64,000 bases of DNA. Origin: Eubacteriales bacterium (GTDB lineage Bacteria > Bacillota > Clostridia > Oscillospirales > UMGS1783). The stretch covers positions 128,212 to 192,211 of the forward strand of contig JAZOAH010000016.1 of the NCBI GenBank assembly GCA_045595395.1, given 5' to 3'. The position numbers and the translations under genes are program-made. This document shows positions 48,633 to 57,700 of this stretch, piece after piece; positions within the stretch are counted from its first letter, which is position 1; each line of letters opens with the position of its first letter. The notes under the pieces were generated by a model. The model was given only the letters and a program-made list of their open reading frames with translations. It made no database searches and had not been told where the DNA came from.

Positions 48633-50996
48633 ATGAAAGAAAAGTTTCTCAAGCTAAAACAGCAGATACTGGAACGCGAATACGGATTTCTCAATCCCGA
48701 ACAGCGGCGGGCCGTTTTTGCCGCCGACGGCCCTTTGCTGATCCTGGCCGGTGCCGGATCGGGCAAAACGACCGTTATCGTTTCTCGCATCGAATATCTC
48801 ATCCGCTACGGCAACACCTATTCCTATGAGGGCGTCCCGTCCGATCTGACGCAGGACGATCTGATGATCATGGCTCGCTTTGCCGCCGCCCCCGATCCCG
48901 AGTTGCGTGAACGAGTGACCAAACTCATCAGCCATAACAAGATCAAACCCCATCGTATCCTGGCCATCACCTTTACCAATAAAGCGGCCGCCGAGCTCAA
49001 ATCACGTTTGGAGCAGAAATTGGGCAGTGCCGGCATGGATATTTGGGCGGCCACCTTCCACAGTGCCTGTGTGCGCATCCTGCGCCAGGAGATCGAAAAA
49101 CTCGGTTACAGCCGCTCCTTCACCATCTATGACACGACCGATTCACGGCGTGTCATGAAAGACTGCATCTCCAAATACGGACTGGATGAAAAATTGTTTG
49201 CCCCTAAGAATGTGCTGTCCATCATCAGCAATGCCAAAAACTCGGGGGTCACGCCCGACGAGATGCGCCAGCAATATGAAGCCGTACCCCGCATGAAGCA
49301 GATCGCCAAGCTCTACCAATCCTACTGTGAGGCTCTGAAAAAAGCCAATGCGCTCGACTTTGACGATATCATTCTGCTGACGGCACGCATCTTGCAGGAT
49401 TTTCCCGAGACCCGACAGATGTGGATGAATCGGTTTGATCATGTATTGGTCGACGAGTATCAGGACACCAACCCGCTCCAATACCGCCTGGTTGCGCTGC
49501 TGCGCAAGAAGGACGGAAATCTGTGCGTGGTGGGTGATGACGACCAGAGCATCTACCGCTTCCGTGGCGCTACCATTGAAAATATTTTGCTCTTTGAAGA
49601 GCGTTTTGACAAGGCTACCGTCATTAAACTTGAGCGCAATTATCGCTCGACCCAGACCATTCTTGACGCCGCCAACCATGTGATCGCCAACAATGTCGGA
49701 CGCAAGAGCAAGTCGCTTTGGACCGAAAACGGGCAAGGGCAAAAGATCAAGGTCTGCTGTGCCTATGACGAAGGCAACGAGGCCGACACCATTGCCGGCG
49801 CCATTCAAAAATTACATATGCAAGAGGGCGTGCCCTACAACGAGTTTGCCGTTCTTTACCGCACCAACGCCCAGAGCCGAGCCATTGAAGCCTCGATGCG
49901 AGCCCATCGCATCCCGGCTCGGGTCATTGGCGGACAGAGCTTCTTTGACCGCAAAGAGGTCAAGGATATCATGTCCTATCTGTGCCTGATCGTCAACCCG
50001 ACCGACGATCTGCGTCTGCGCCGCATCATCAATGAGCCCAAGCGAGCCATCGGCGATACCACCGTTGCCACCCTGGCCGCCGCTGCCGAGGCCTCCGGCA
50101 TTTCCATGCTGGAAGCCTGCCGCCGTGCCGACGAGTTCCCTACCCTGTCCCGTGCCAAGGAAAAGCTGAAGGCCTTTGCCATGATGATGGTCGATCTGAT
50201 CAACTACAACGAGTGCAATCCGCTCAACACCCTCATCGACGAGGTGCTGGATCGCACCGGCTATGCCGAAGCACTTAAGAGCGATGAAAGTTATGAGGAT
50301 CGCATTGAAAACATCAGCGAACTCAACTCGGCCATCGTCCGCTATATGCAGAGCGAGGAATATCCGACCCTCTTCGGATTTTTGGAGCGCACCTCCTTGC
50401 TGAGCGATGCCGATGATTACGAAGAGGCCGACAAGAGTGTGGCCATGATGACCATGCACACCGCCAAGGGATTGGAATTTAATCATGTCTTTATCCCCGG
50501 CATGGAAGAAGGGCTCTTCCCCTCCTCCATGTCCTTAGATGAGGATGGCGGCATTGAAGAGGAGCGGCGTCTGTGCTATGTCGGCATCACACGTGCCAAA
50601 AAGACGCTGACGATGCTGTATACCCGTATGCGTATGCTTTACGGTACGACCCTGTATCCGCAGATGTCACGGTTTATTGACGAGATCCCGCAAACGCTGT
50701 ATACCAAGGGCGGCGCACCCGAGGGTGAGCGTCAGGCCGAGCAGCGAGCCCGCAGTTTCAGTTCGCAGAACACCCCCGCCTTTACCCTGCGACAGGCAGC
50801 CGCCACACGACCGGCCGCCAAGACTGCGACGCCTCAGATTGCCTATACCGTGGGTGAGCAGGTCAAGCATCGTGTCTTTGGTGTCGGTACTATTTTGGCC
50901 GTGACACCCATGAGCAACGACTGCATGTTGGAGATCGATTTTGAGAAAGGGCGTAAAAAAGTTATGGCCAATTACGCTAATCTGCAAAAAATATAA
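48633..50996 (+). CDS. pcrA: ATP-dependent DNA helicase PcrA (UvrD/Rep family)
   Basis: LNPEQRRAV, Walker A AGAGSGKTT, motif II VDEYQDTN, YRSTQTIL, MTMHTAKGLEF, and CYVGITRAK. Start set at ATG 48633 (GGAGGAG RBS). Confidence 0.93.
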   Translation: MKEKFLKLKQQILEREYGFLNPEQRRAVFAADGPLLILAGAGSGKTTVIVSRIEYLIRYGNTYSYEGVPSDLTQDDLMIMARFAAAPDPELRERVTKLISHNKIKPHRILAITFTNKAAAELKSRLEQKLGSAGMDIWAATFHSACVRILRQEIEKLGYSRSFTIYDTTDSRRVMKDCISKYGLDEKLFAPKNVLSIISNAKNSGVTPDEMRQQYEAVPRMKQIAKLYQSYCEALKKANALDFDDIILLTARILQDFPETRQMWMNRFDHVLVDEYQDTNPLQYRLVALLRKKDGNLCVVGDDDQSIYRFRGATIENILLFEERFDKATVIKLERNYRSTQTILDAANHVIANNVGRKSKSLWTENGQGQKIKVCCAYDEGNEADTIAGAIQKLHMQEGVPYNEFAVLYRTNAQSRAIEASMRAHRIPARVIGGQSFFDRKEVKDIMSYLCLIVNPTDDLRLRRIINEPKRAIGDTTVATLAAAAEASGISMLEACRRADEFPTLSRAKEKLKAFAMMMVDLINYNECNPLNTLIDEVLDRTGYAEALKSDESYEDRIENISELNSAIVRYMQSEEYPTLFGFLERTSLLSDADDYEEADKSVAMMTMHTAKGLEFNHVFIPGMEEGLFPSSMSLDEDGGIEEERRLCYVGITRAKKTLTMLYTRMRMLYGTTLYPQMSRFIDEIPQTLYTKGGAPEGERQAEQRARSFSSQNTPAFTLRQAAATRPAAKTATPQIAYTVGEQVKHRVFGVGTILAVTPMSNDCMLEIDFEKGRKKVMANYANLQKI

Positions 50997-51005
50997 AATT
51001 ACCTA

Positions 51006-51034
51006 TTGCGAAAATGAAAATAATACCTTATAAT
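51006..51034 (+). promoter_or_regulatory. Sigma-A promoter of tRNA-Leu
   Basis: TTGCGA-N17-TATAAT; the tRNA begins 15 nt downstream. Confidence 0.65.
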
Positions 51035-51049
51035 AGTAGGGTATTATCC

Positions 51050-51136
51050 GCCGGTGTGATGGAATTGGTAGACGTGACGGACTCAAAATCCGTTGGTGGT
51101 GACATCGTGTGGGTTCGAGTCCCACCACCGGCACCA
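51050..51136 (+). tRNA. tRNA-Leu (anticodon CAA), long variable arm
   Basis: Hand-folded: acceptor gccggtg/caccggc, anticodon arm acgga-ctCAAaa-tccgt, long extra arm, T arm with ggttcgagtcc. CCA is encoded. Confidence 0.93.
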
Positions 51137-51140
51137 GAAA

Positions 51141-51172
51141 AAAGGCACCTGCTATGCAGGTGCTTTTACTTT
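51141..51172 (+). terminator. Hairpin/terminator between tRNA-Leu and the yhcH-like gene
   Basis: ggcacctgc-tat-gcaggtgct followed by tttactttt. It ends immediately before the AAGGAGG RBS of the next CDS. Confidence 0.7.
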
Positions 51173-51187
51173 TAAGGAGGCATCGCT

Positions 51188-51625
51188 ATGATTTACGACA
51201 GTTTGAAAAATATTGAAGCCTACAAAGGCCTTGCCGTTTATCCGGCACTTAAGTTCTTTGCCGAGAACGACCTGGCCAATGTCGCACCCGGCAAGTACAC
51301 GCTGGAAGGTGAGGATTTTTACAGCGTATCGGAATATGAAACCAAAGCCAAGACCCGCAGTGAGGCGCACAAGGAGTATATTGACATCCAGATACTGCTT
51401 TCGGGCGAGGAGTACATCGGCGTAGCGCCGCTGACCGAGGATATGGTGCCGGTCGACAGCAAAGACGGCGGCGACTGCTGGTTTTATGATTGCCCGGTTG
51501 ACCGCGTCACCATGAAGCCTGGCATGTTTATGGTGCTCTATCCGCAGGACGTGCATCTGCCTGGTGATATGAAAGACACGCCGACCGCCTGCAAGAAGGT
51601 TGTGGCCAAGATCAAGGTAAGATAA
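51188..51625 (+). CDS. YhcH/YjgK/YiaL-family protein (DUF386, cupin-like sugar anomerase/isomerase family)
   Basis: MIYDSLKNIE.Y.GL...L..F........G.Y.LEGEDFY..V.EY.TK......EAHKEYIDIQILLSGEE.IG is the characteristic family pattern; 145 aa. Confidence 0.8.
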   Translation: MIYDSLKNIEAYKGLAVYPALKFFAENDLANVAPGKYTLEGEDFYSVSEYETKAKTRSEAHKEYIDIQILLSGEEYIGVAPLTEDMVPVDSKDGGDCWFYDCPVDRVTMKPGMFMVLYPQDVHLPGDMKDTPTACKKVVAKIKVR

Positions 51626-51626
51626 G

Positions 51627-52634
51627 ATGAACAAAATCTACATTCCCGAGGGCTACGCCCCGGTATTGGATGTATATGATACCCAGCGTGCCATTTCCTA
51701 TATCAAAGAGACCTTTCAGGAGGAGTTTTCGGCGGCGCTCAATCTCAAACGGGTGTCAGCACCCCTGTTTGTTACCGAGGATTCGGGCTTAAACGATAAC
51801 CTAAACGGGTATGAGCGTCCGGTGTCCTTTGACATCCCTGCCGTCGGCACCGATGCGCAAGTGGTACATTCGCTGGCCAAGTGGAAGCGCCTGGCGCTCA
51901 AGCGCTATCATTTCGGCATCGGCAACGGTCTGTATACCGACATGAACGCCATTCGGCGTGATGAGGAATTGGACAACATCCACTCCATCTATGTCGACCA
52001 GTGGGATTGGGAAAAGGTCATTACCAAAGAAAACCGCAATCTAGATTATCTCAAGCTCATCGTGCGTGCCATTGTGCGGGCCATTTGCGACACCAACGAC
52101 CGACTGCATGTACGATATCCGCAGTTGCAGGTTGAGTTGGAGCGAGAGGTTTCCTTTGTGACGACACAGGAGTTGGAGGATATGTATCCCGACCTGACCG
52201 GATCGCAGAGGGAAAACGCCTACGCCAAGGAGCACCGCACCGCCTGTGTCATGCAGATCGGCGGCGCCCTGCGTTCGGGCAAGCCGCATGACGGCCGTGC
52301 CCCCGACTACGATGACTGGTCGCTCAACTGCGACATCTTTTTCTGGAATGATGTGTTGGGTCGTGCCTTAGAGATCTCCTCGATGGGTATCCGTGTGGAT
52401 GCCGATGCACTTGACCGACAGCTGCGCATCGCTGAGTGTGATGAGCGGCGGGAGTTACCCTTCCACAAAATGCTGCTCAACAACGAATTGCCGCTGACCA
52501 TCGGCGGCGGTATCGGTCAATCACGACTGAGCATGCTGATGATGGGCTGCGCCCATATCGGTGAAGTCCAGTCGAGCATCTGGGATAAGGAAACGATGGC
52601 CGCCTGCGAGCGGGCCGGTATTCGGTTGTTATAA
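51627..52634 (+). CDS. asnA: Aspartate--ammonia ligase
   Basis: 335 aa. YDTQRAISYIKETF, RVSAPLFV, IYVDQWDWEKVI, and GGGIGQSRLSMLML-type C-terminus (IGGGIGQSRLSMLMMG). Confidence 0.95.
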   Translation: MNKIYIPEGYAPVLDVYDTQRAISYIKETFQEEFSAALNLKRVSAPLFVTEDSGLNDNLNGYERPVSFDIPAVGTDAQVVHSLAKWKRLALKRYHFGIGNGLYTDMNAIRRDEELDNIHSIYVDQWDWEKVITKENRNLDYLKLIVRAIVRAICDTNDRLHVRYPQLQVELEREVSFVTTQELEDMYPDLTGSQRENAYAKEHRTACVMQIGGALRSGKPHDGRAPDYDDWSLNCDIFFWNDVLGRALEISSMGIRVDADALDRQLRIAECDERRELPFHKMLLNNELPLTIGGGIGQSRLSMLMMGCAHIGEVQSSIWDKETMAACERAGIRLL

Positions 52635-52635
52635 T

Positions 52636-52679
52636 GCAAACAAAAAAACACCGTCCAATGGACGGTGTTTTTTGTTTGC
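52636..52679 (+). terminator. Strong intrinsic terminator of asnA
   Basis: gcaaacaaaaaaacaccgtcc-aat-ggacggtgttttttgtttgc forms a long, nearly perfect palindrome with a T-run. Confidence 0.9.
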
Positions 52680-52694
52680 TGGTCCGAGTGGCGG
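52680..52694 (-). repeat. 15-nt exact copy of the 3' end (T-arm to CCA) of tRNA-Pro; putative att core
   Basis: tggtccgagtggcgg occurs at 52680-52694 and again at 52969-52983, the real tRNA-Pro 3' end. The two copies are direct repeats. Confidence 0.75.
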
Positions 52695-52968
52695 CAACCT
52701 GCATAAATACTGGGTTTTTCGTAGCCGAAAATAGTATATATCCTCTAGATTATTGTGTTTGTTTAATTCAAGTAAAAGAAAATATGGCGTAATTAACTTT
52801 AAGATTAATTACTTGAAAGTTAATTATTCATTATTCATCAGCGAAGCGATTTCATCATTCATTATTCATTACGAAAATCCGTTTTAATGAATGATGAATA
52901 TTGAACAATGAAAAATGAATAGTACAAAATCAAAAATCCGCCGATTTTCATCAGCGGATTTCCGATTT
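52695..52968. mobile_element. 274-bp AT-rich non-coding insert bracketed by the tRNA-Pro 3'-end repeats (possible remnant of an integrated element)
   Basis: Visibly much more AT-rich than all flanking DNA. It has no credible ORF and contains internal direct and inverted repeats (attcattattcat x2; tcatcattcatt / aatgaatgatga; gtaattaa / ttaattac). Confidence 0.35.
52925..52960 (-). terminator. Candidate terminator downstream of tRNA-Pro
   Basis: On the minus strand, aatccgc-(12-nt loop)-gcggatt followed by tttttgatttt. The large loop lowers confidence. Confidence 0.45.
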
Positions 52969-53045
52969 TGGTCCGAGTGGCGGGACTTGAACCCACGGCC
53001 TCTACCACCCCAAGGTAGCGCGCTACCAAACTGCGCCACACCCGG
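52969..53045 (-). tRNA. tRNA-Pro (anticodon GGG)
   Basis: Hand-folded: acceptor ccgggtg/cactcgg with the bacterial tRNA-Pro C1:G72 pair, D arm gcgc..gcgc, anticodon arm ctacc-ttGGGgt-ggtag, T arm with ggttcaagtcc. CCA is encoded. Confidence 0.93.
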
Positions 53046-53061
53046 ATATGCAACGTGTGGA

Positions 53062-53090
53062 ATTATAACACATAATCCCACAAATTGCAA
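53062..53090 (-). promoter_or_regulatory. Sigma-A promoter of tRNA-Pro
   Basis: On the minus strand, TTGCAA-N17-TATAAT, 16 nt upstream of the tRNA 5' end. Confidence 0.65.
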
Positions 53091-53115
53091 TACTAAAAAA
53101 CAATTTTTTTTAAAA

Positions 53116-53853
53116 TTATTCGATATCGTCGTTGTCGCAGTTATGGTAGACTTCCTGGACGTCGTCATTATCGTTGAGGGCGTCGAGCAGTTTCTGCATA
53201 TTCTTGATGCTATCCTCGCCGGTGAGGGTGATATAAGTGTCGGGGATCATCTCGACCTGGGCCGACAAAATGGTGTACTTGGCGGGGGCCTGGATACCCT
53301 CCAGCACCGTTGAGAAATCGGCGGGATCGGTGTAGACCTCGAAGACCTCGCCTTCGTTGGAGATATCGTCAGCACCGGCTTCCAGCGCCACTTCCATCAA
53401 TTCGTCCTCGTCCACATCCTCAGCTTCAATGACGATCAGACCCTTGGACTTAAACTGCCAGGATACCGAGCCGCTTTGGCCGAGGTTGCCGCCGAACTTA
53501 TCAAAATAGTGGCGCAGATCACCGGCGGTACGGTTGCGGTTATCGGTCAGGGTCTTGACGATCACGGCCGTGCCGTTGGGGCCGTAGCCTTCATAGGTGA
53601 TGTCCTCATAGTTGCTGGCATCGCCCTCGCCGGCCGCCTTCTTGATGATACGCTCGATATTGTCGTTGGGCACATTGTTGGCCTTGGCCTTGGCAATAAT
53701 ATCTTTGAGTTTGGTGTTCATAGTAGGATCGGGGCCGCCCTGCTTGACGCAAACGGCGATCTCACGGCCGACCTTGGTAAAGATCTTGCCTCTTTGGGCA
53801 TCGGTCTTTTCTTTTTTATGTTTGATGTTGTTCCATTTGGAATGTCCGGACAT
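53116..53853 (-). CDS. yebC: YebC/PmpR-family DNA-binding transcriptional regulator
   Basis: [27 protein letters not shown].. is the canonical family N-terminus. Start set at ATG 53853 (GGAGGAAAAAAT RBS). Confidence 0.93.
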   Translation of the reverse strand: MSGHSKWNNIKHKKEKTDAQRGKIFTKVGREIAVCVKQGGPDPTMNTKLKDIIAKAKANNVPNDNIERIIKKAAGEGDASNYEDITYEGYGPNGTAVIVKTLTDNRNRTAGDLRHYFDKFGGNLGQSGSVSWQFKSKGLIVIEAEDVDEDELMEVALEAGADDISNEGEVFEVYTDPADFSTVLEGIQAPAKYTILSAQVEMIPDTYITLTGEDSIKNMQKLLDALNDNDDVQEVYHNCDNDDIE

Positions 53854-53921
53854 ATTTTTTCCTCCGACTTTTATTAACCTATATATTATATACTCATCTT
53901 TTTCATTTTTCAAGATGCAGT

Positions 53922-55175
53922 TTATTTTTCTTGGTCCAATATCTGCACCATTGCCGTTGTTGCACCGTCCGGGTCGGACTTTAGATGCTGATAGCGGAAA
54001 AACAGGCTGCCGCCGTACTGCTCGCTTTGGGTCACATATTCAAGCTGGCGCACCGTTTGTCGGGCATCCTCCCAACCGGGCTGATCGGTGCCCTGTTTAT
54101 AAAAAGCATGACCGACCAGCAGATCCACATCGGTATCGGCCACGCAAGCCTCCCACCAGTCAAAGACGGTATCAAAGGGAGCCGGCTCTTGTTCAAACGA
54201 CCAGTAGATCTGGGGGCAGATATAGTCGATCATTTCCTCTTTAACCCAGCGGCGGGTATCGGCATAGAGATCGGAATAGGTTTCCACGCCGGCCGTGGTG
54301 GCACTGCCCAGCGCATCGGACGAGGCATTTTGCCATACAGCAAAGGGGGAAACGCCAAAGTTGATCTCCTTGCCCGTGTCAGATATCGCCGTATGTACCC
54401 GAGATATGATATCGGTGATGTTATCCCGCCGCCAATCCTCCAGCGTCTTGCCCTCGCCATAGGCTTGATAGGAAGTGCCATCGTCAAAGGTAGCGCCCTC
54501 GACCGGGTAGGGATAGAAGTAATCATCAAAATGGATGCCGTCCACCTCATAGTTGTTGACGATCTCCATCACTCCGTCAACCACCAGCTGCCGCACCTCG
54601 GGCTGACCGGCATCCAGATACAGCCGTCCGTCGGCATAGGCCACCACCCACTCGGGATGCTGACGTGCCGGGCTGTTTTCAGGCAAATCCTCGATATTCT
54701 GCTGCGGCGCATCGGCCGTTCCTGTCGTGACCCGCAGCGGATTGATCCAGGCCTGCAGCTCGATATCCTGCGCATGCGCCGCCTCTACGGCATAGGCCAG
54801 CACATCAAAACCGTCGGGCAGGTTACCTGTCGTGCTGATGGCGGTGGAGACGGGAAACAGCTGGGAGGCATACAAAGCGTCGCAGGCCGGGCGCACCTGG
54901 AAGATGACCGTGTTCATTCCCCATTCTTTCGCATCCTGCAAAATCGTGTCGATCTCGGTTTTCAGTTGCTCAGCCGACAGATCGGGGGCTGACGGAAAAT
55001 CCAGGCGGTTGGTCGTGGCCACCCAAAGACCGTTGACCCTCTTGTCTTCGACCGCCACGATCGGCACAGAACTGTCCGACGGTGCCGGAACGATCGGCGT
55101 GAGAGCCGCCCAGATCATCAAGCCGCACACCACCAAGCCCAGCAACATACCGCCTATGGTATTTTTTTTATTCAT
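53922..55175 (-). CDS. Secreted/membrane-anchored glycoside-hydrolase-like protein (YddW / UPF0748, GHL10 family)
   Basis: N-terminal anchor [25 protein letters not shown], then [31 protein letters not shown], and [15 protein letters not shown], as in YddW-type TIM-barrel proteins. Confidence 0.7.
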   Translation of the reverse strand: MNKKNTIGGMLLGLVVCGLMIWAALTPIVPAPSDSSVPIVAVEDKRVNGLWVATTNRLDFPSAPDLSAEQLKTEIDTILQDAKEWGMNTVIFQVRPACDALYASQLFPVSTAISTTGNLPDGFDVLAYAVEAAHAQDIELQAWINPLRVTTGTADAPQQNIEDLPENSPARQHPEWVVAYADGRLYLDAGQPEVRQLVVDGVMEIVNNYEVDGIHFDDYFYPYPVEGATFDDGTSYQAYGEGKTLEDWRRDNITDIISRVHTAISDTGKEINFGVSPFAVWQNASSDALGSATTAGVETYSDLYADTRRWVKEEMIDYICPQIYWSFEQEPAPFDTVFDWWEACVADTDVDLLVGHAFYKQGTDQPGWEDARQTVRQLEYVTQSEQYGGSLFFRYQHLKSDPDGATTAMVQILDQEK

Positions 55176-55247
55176 GCCGGTTCCCCCTCCTTTTTCCCTT
55201 CCATTATACGGACAAACTCAAAAAAAATGATAAATTTCCCAAAAAAC

Positions 55248-55276
55248 TTGAAAAGTATACGCTCAAAGTATATAAT
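55248..55276 (+). promoter_or_regulatory. Sigma-A promoter of copA
   Basis: TTGAAA-N17-TATAAT. The spacer contains tatac-N7-gtata dyad symmetry. The RBS AGAGGTGA and the ATG follow 19 nt later. Confidence 0.7.
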
Positions 55277-55294
55277 ATTGTCAGAGGTGATAGC

Positions 55295-57514
55295 ATGAAA
55301 ACCGTACGGTTAAAGATCGGCGGCATGCATTGCGCCGCCTGTTCGGCAGCACTGCAGCGCGCCTTAAATAAAAAAGAGGGCATTGAGAAGGCCACCGTCA
55401 ATATTGCGACCGAGATCGCCGTAGTTGACTATGATGAAAAGCAAGTCAACATGGGGTTGATCGAAACAACGGTCAAGAAATGCGGCTTTTACATTGCCCG
55501 CAACGAGAGCGATATCGCACGTGAGCGCAAGATGCTACGGCTGCGGCTGATCGTCAGCGCCTGCATCACCCTGCCTTTGTTCTATATTGCCATGGGACCG
55601 ATGCTCATCCCCGATGCGCCGTTGCCCGGCTTTTTGAAGCATGACCTGATCATGGCCATCACCCAGGCAGTACTGGCGCTGGCCTCCATGATCGTCGGCG
55701 CCCATTTTTATCGCAACGGCACCCGAGCCCTGCTGCGGGGTGCGCCCAATATGGACAGCCTGATCACCGTCAGCACGGTGGCCGCCTTTTTGTATAGCCT
55801 GTATTCGACCGTGACCATTGCCATGGGGGATGCGCACGGTGCGCACCGTCTTTATTTTGAGAGCTGCGGCATGATCATCACCCTGATCCTGCTGGGCAAG
55901 AATCTCGAGGCCTCGGCCAAGGATAAGACGGCTGACGCCATTCGGCGGCTGACCGATCTATCGCCCAAGACCGCCACCTTGATCGAAGGTGACACCGAAC
56001 GAGTGATCCCGGTCGAGGAGCTGCGGGTAGGCGATATCGTGCTGGTCCGTCCGGGCGAGCAGATCCCGGTCGACGGTGTGGTTATTTCGGGGGAGACCTC
56101 GGTCGATGAATCGATGCTGACGGGAGAAAGCATCCCCGTTGATAAGGCGGTGGGCGATACCCTGTCGGGCGCCACCATCAACAAAAACGGCACGGTGCGT
56201 ATGCGGGCCGAGAAGGTAGGGCGAGATACGGCGCTGGCCCAGATCATTACTCTCATCGAGAACGCCCAAAATACCAAAGCGCCCATTGCCCGCCTGGCCG
56301 ACAAGATATCGGGCATTTTCGTGCCGACGGTGCTGGTCATCGGCCTTTTGGCGGCCATCGCCTGGGGCCTTGGCGGCAAGGACATCTCCTTCTGCATCAA
56401 TGTATTCGTATCGGTGTTGGTCATTGCCTGCCCCTGTGCGCTGGGGCTTGCCACACCGACCTCCATCATGGTCGGAACAGGCAAGGCGGCACGCAACGGC
56501 ATCCTTTTCAAGAATGCCCAAGCCATAGAGCGCATCCATGATGTGAAACATATCGTTTTTGACAAGACAGGCACGCTGACCGAGGGCAAACCCCGTGTCA
56601 TTGCCGTGCATGCTTTAGGAAACGAGCAAGAAGCGGTGGCGCTGGCGGCGGCGGCCGAATCCTTATCCGAGCATCCGCTGGCACGTGCTGTGGTCGAATA
56701 TGCGCACGGCTTGGCATGGCCCGACGTGCAAGGCTTTGAAGCTGTGACCGGTAGCGGCATCAAGGCCAACGCTGACGGTAAGAGCCTGCTCATCGGCAAG
56801 GCCGAGTATCTGATCGACAACGACATTGACATTTCGGCTCTGTCTGACAACGCTACCGCCTGCGAGGCCGAGGGTAGCACCGTCATTTATCTGGCGGTGG
56901 ACGGCCAGGCCTGCGCTCTTTTTGCCATTGCCGACACCCTGCGACCCGACAGCGCTCCTGCGTTAGCCTTGTTGCAGGATAAGGGCATTGACTGCTACAT
57001 GCTCACCGGTGACAGCGAGCCGACCGCTCGTGCTTTGGCCAAGCAGGCGGGTCTCAAGCCTGACCATGTGATTGCCCGTGCCCTGCCGGCTGACAAGGCC
57101 GCCACGGTAGAAAAACTGCGGCAGCTGGGCGTTACCCTAATGGTGGGTGACGGCATCAACGATGCACCCGCTCTGACGGCGGCTGATGTCGGCATTGCCA
57201 TTGGCGGCGGCACCGATGTGGCGGTGGAATCGGCCGATGTGGTGTTGGTCAAAAACAGTTTGTATGATGTAGTGCGTGCCGTCAATATCGGCAAAGCCAC
57301 CATCCGCAATGTCCGTCAAAACCTCTTCTGGGCGTTCATTTATAACACCATCGGCATTCCCATTGCCGCTGGTGCTCTCTATCTCTTCGGCGGCCCGCTG
57401 CTCTCCCCCATGATCGCGGCGGCGGCCATGAGCCTGTCCTCGGTGTCGGTGGTCACCAACGCCCTGCGGCTCAATATCGTCAATACCGAAAAAAGGATCA
57501 AGCCTAACGCTTGA
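55295..57514 (+). CDS. copA: Copper-translocating P1B-type ATPase
   Basis: One HMA domain (GMHCAACS), the TM metal site [10 protein letters not shown], the phosphorylation site DKTGTLT, and the hinge [10 protein letters not shown]. Confidence 0.93.
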   Translation: MKTVRLKIGGMHCAACSAALQRALNKKEGIEKATVNIATEIAVVDYDEKQVNMGLIETTVKKCGFYIARNESDIARERKMLRLRLIVSACITLPLFYIAMGPMLIPDAPLPGFLKHDLIMAITQAVLALASMIVGAHFYRNGTRALLRGAPNMDSLITVSTVAAFLYSLYSTVTIAMGDAHGAHRLYFESCGMIITLILLGKNLEASAKDKTADAIRRLTDLSPKTATLIEGDTERVIPVEELRVGDIVLVRPGEQIPVDGVVISGETSVDESMLTGESIPVDKAVGDTLSGATINKNGTVRMRAEKVGRDTALAQIITLIENAQNTKAPIARLADKISGIFVPTVLVIGLLAAIAWGLGGKDISFCINVFVSVLVIACPCALGLATPTSIMVGTGKAARNGILFKNAQAIERIHDVKHIVFDKTGTLTEGKPRVIAVHALGNEQEAVALAAAAESLSEHPLARAVVEYAHGLAWPDVQGFEAVTGSGIKANADGKSLLIGKAEYLIDNDIDISALSDNATACEAEGSTVIYLAVDGQACALFAIADTLRPDSAPALALLQDKGIDCYMLTGDSEPTARALAKQAGLKPDHVIARALPADKAATVEKLRQLGVTLMVGDGINDAPALTAADVGIAIGGGTDVAVESADVVLVKNSLYDVVRAVNIGKATIRNVRQNLFWAFIYNTIGIPIAAGALYLFGGPLLSPMIAAAAMSLSSVSVVTNALRLNIVNTEKRIKPNA

Positions 57515-57524
57515 TCCTTTTTTA
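57491..57524 (+). terminator. Intrinsic terminator of copA
   Basis: aaggatcaagc-ctaac-gcttgatcctt forms an 11-bp stem followed by tttt, overlapping the stop codon. Confidence 0.85.
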
Positions 57525-57698
57525 TGGCCAATAATAGGTTTGGCCAAAGACGGTCACGCCCGTTTGGTCAATGGCAAACAGCGTCTGACCCGAAAAATAG
57601 GGGGCAGCAGCGGCCGACCGCTGTTCGACCACAAACAACATCGAAACAAAGGAAAAAAGGGTGAGAACGCACAAAAAACCAACCAGAAACAGTTGCAC
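57522..57698 (-). CDS. Possible small membrane protein (58 aa) downstream of spoIIP
   Basis: GTG 57698 lies 3 nt after the spoIIP stop. VQLFLVGFLCVLTLFSFVSMLFVV is one TM helix followed by a short tail. It occupies the position of yqxA after spoIIP in B. subtilis. No clear RBS. Confidence 0.3.
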   Translation of the reverse strand: MQLFLVGFLCVLTLFSFVSMLFVVEQRSAAAAPYFSGQTLFAIDQTGVTVFGQTYYWP

Positions 57699-57700
57699 TC

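Noticed and set aside
52789-52920. CRISPR-like appearance of the repeated ttcattattcat motifs.
   Set aside because: There are only two 13-nt direct copies plus inverted copies. There is no regular repeat-spacer periodicity and no cas genes.
52862-53168. Two minus-strand ORFs (63 and 94 aa) and a 132-aa plus-strand ORF around 52.9-53.3 kb.
   Set aside because: They run through the tRNA-Pro gene, its promoter and the AT-rich insert, or antisense to yebC. The tRNA fold is unambiguous.
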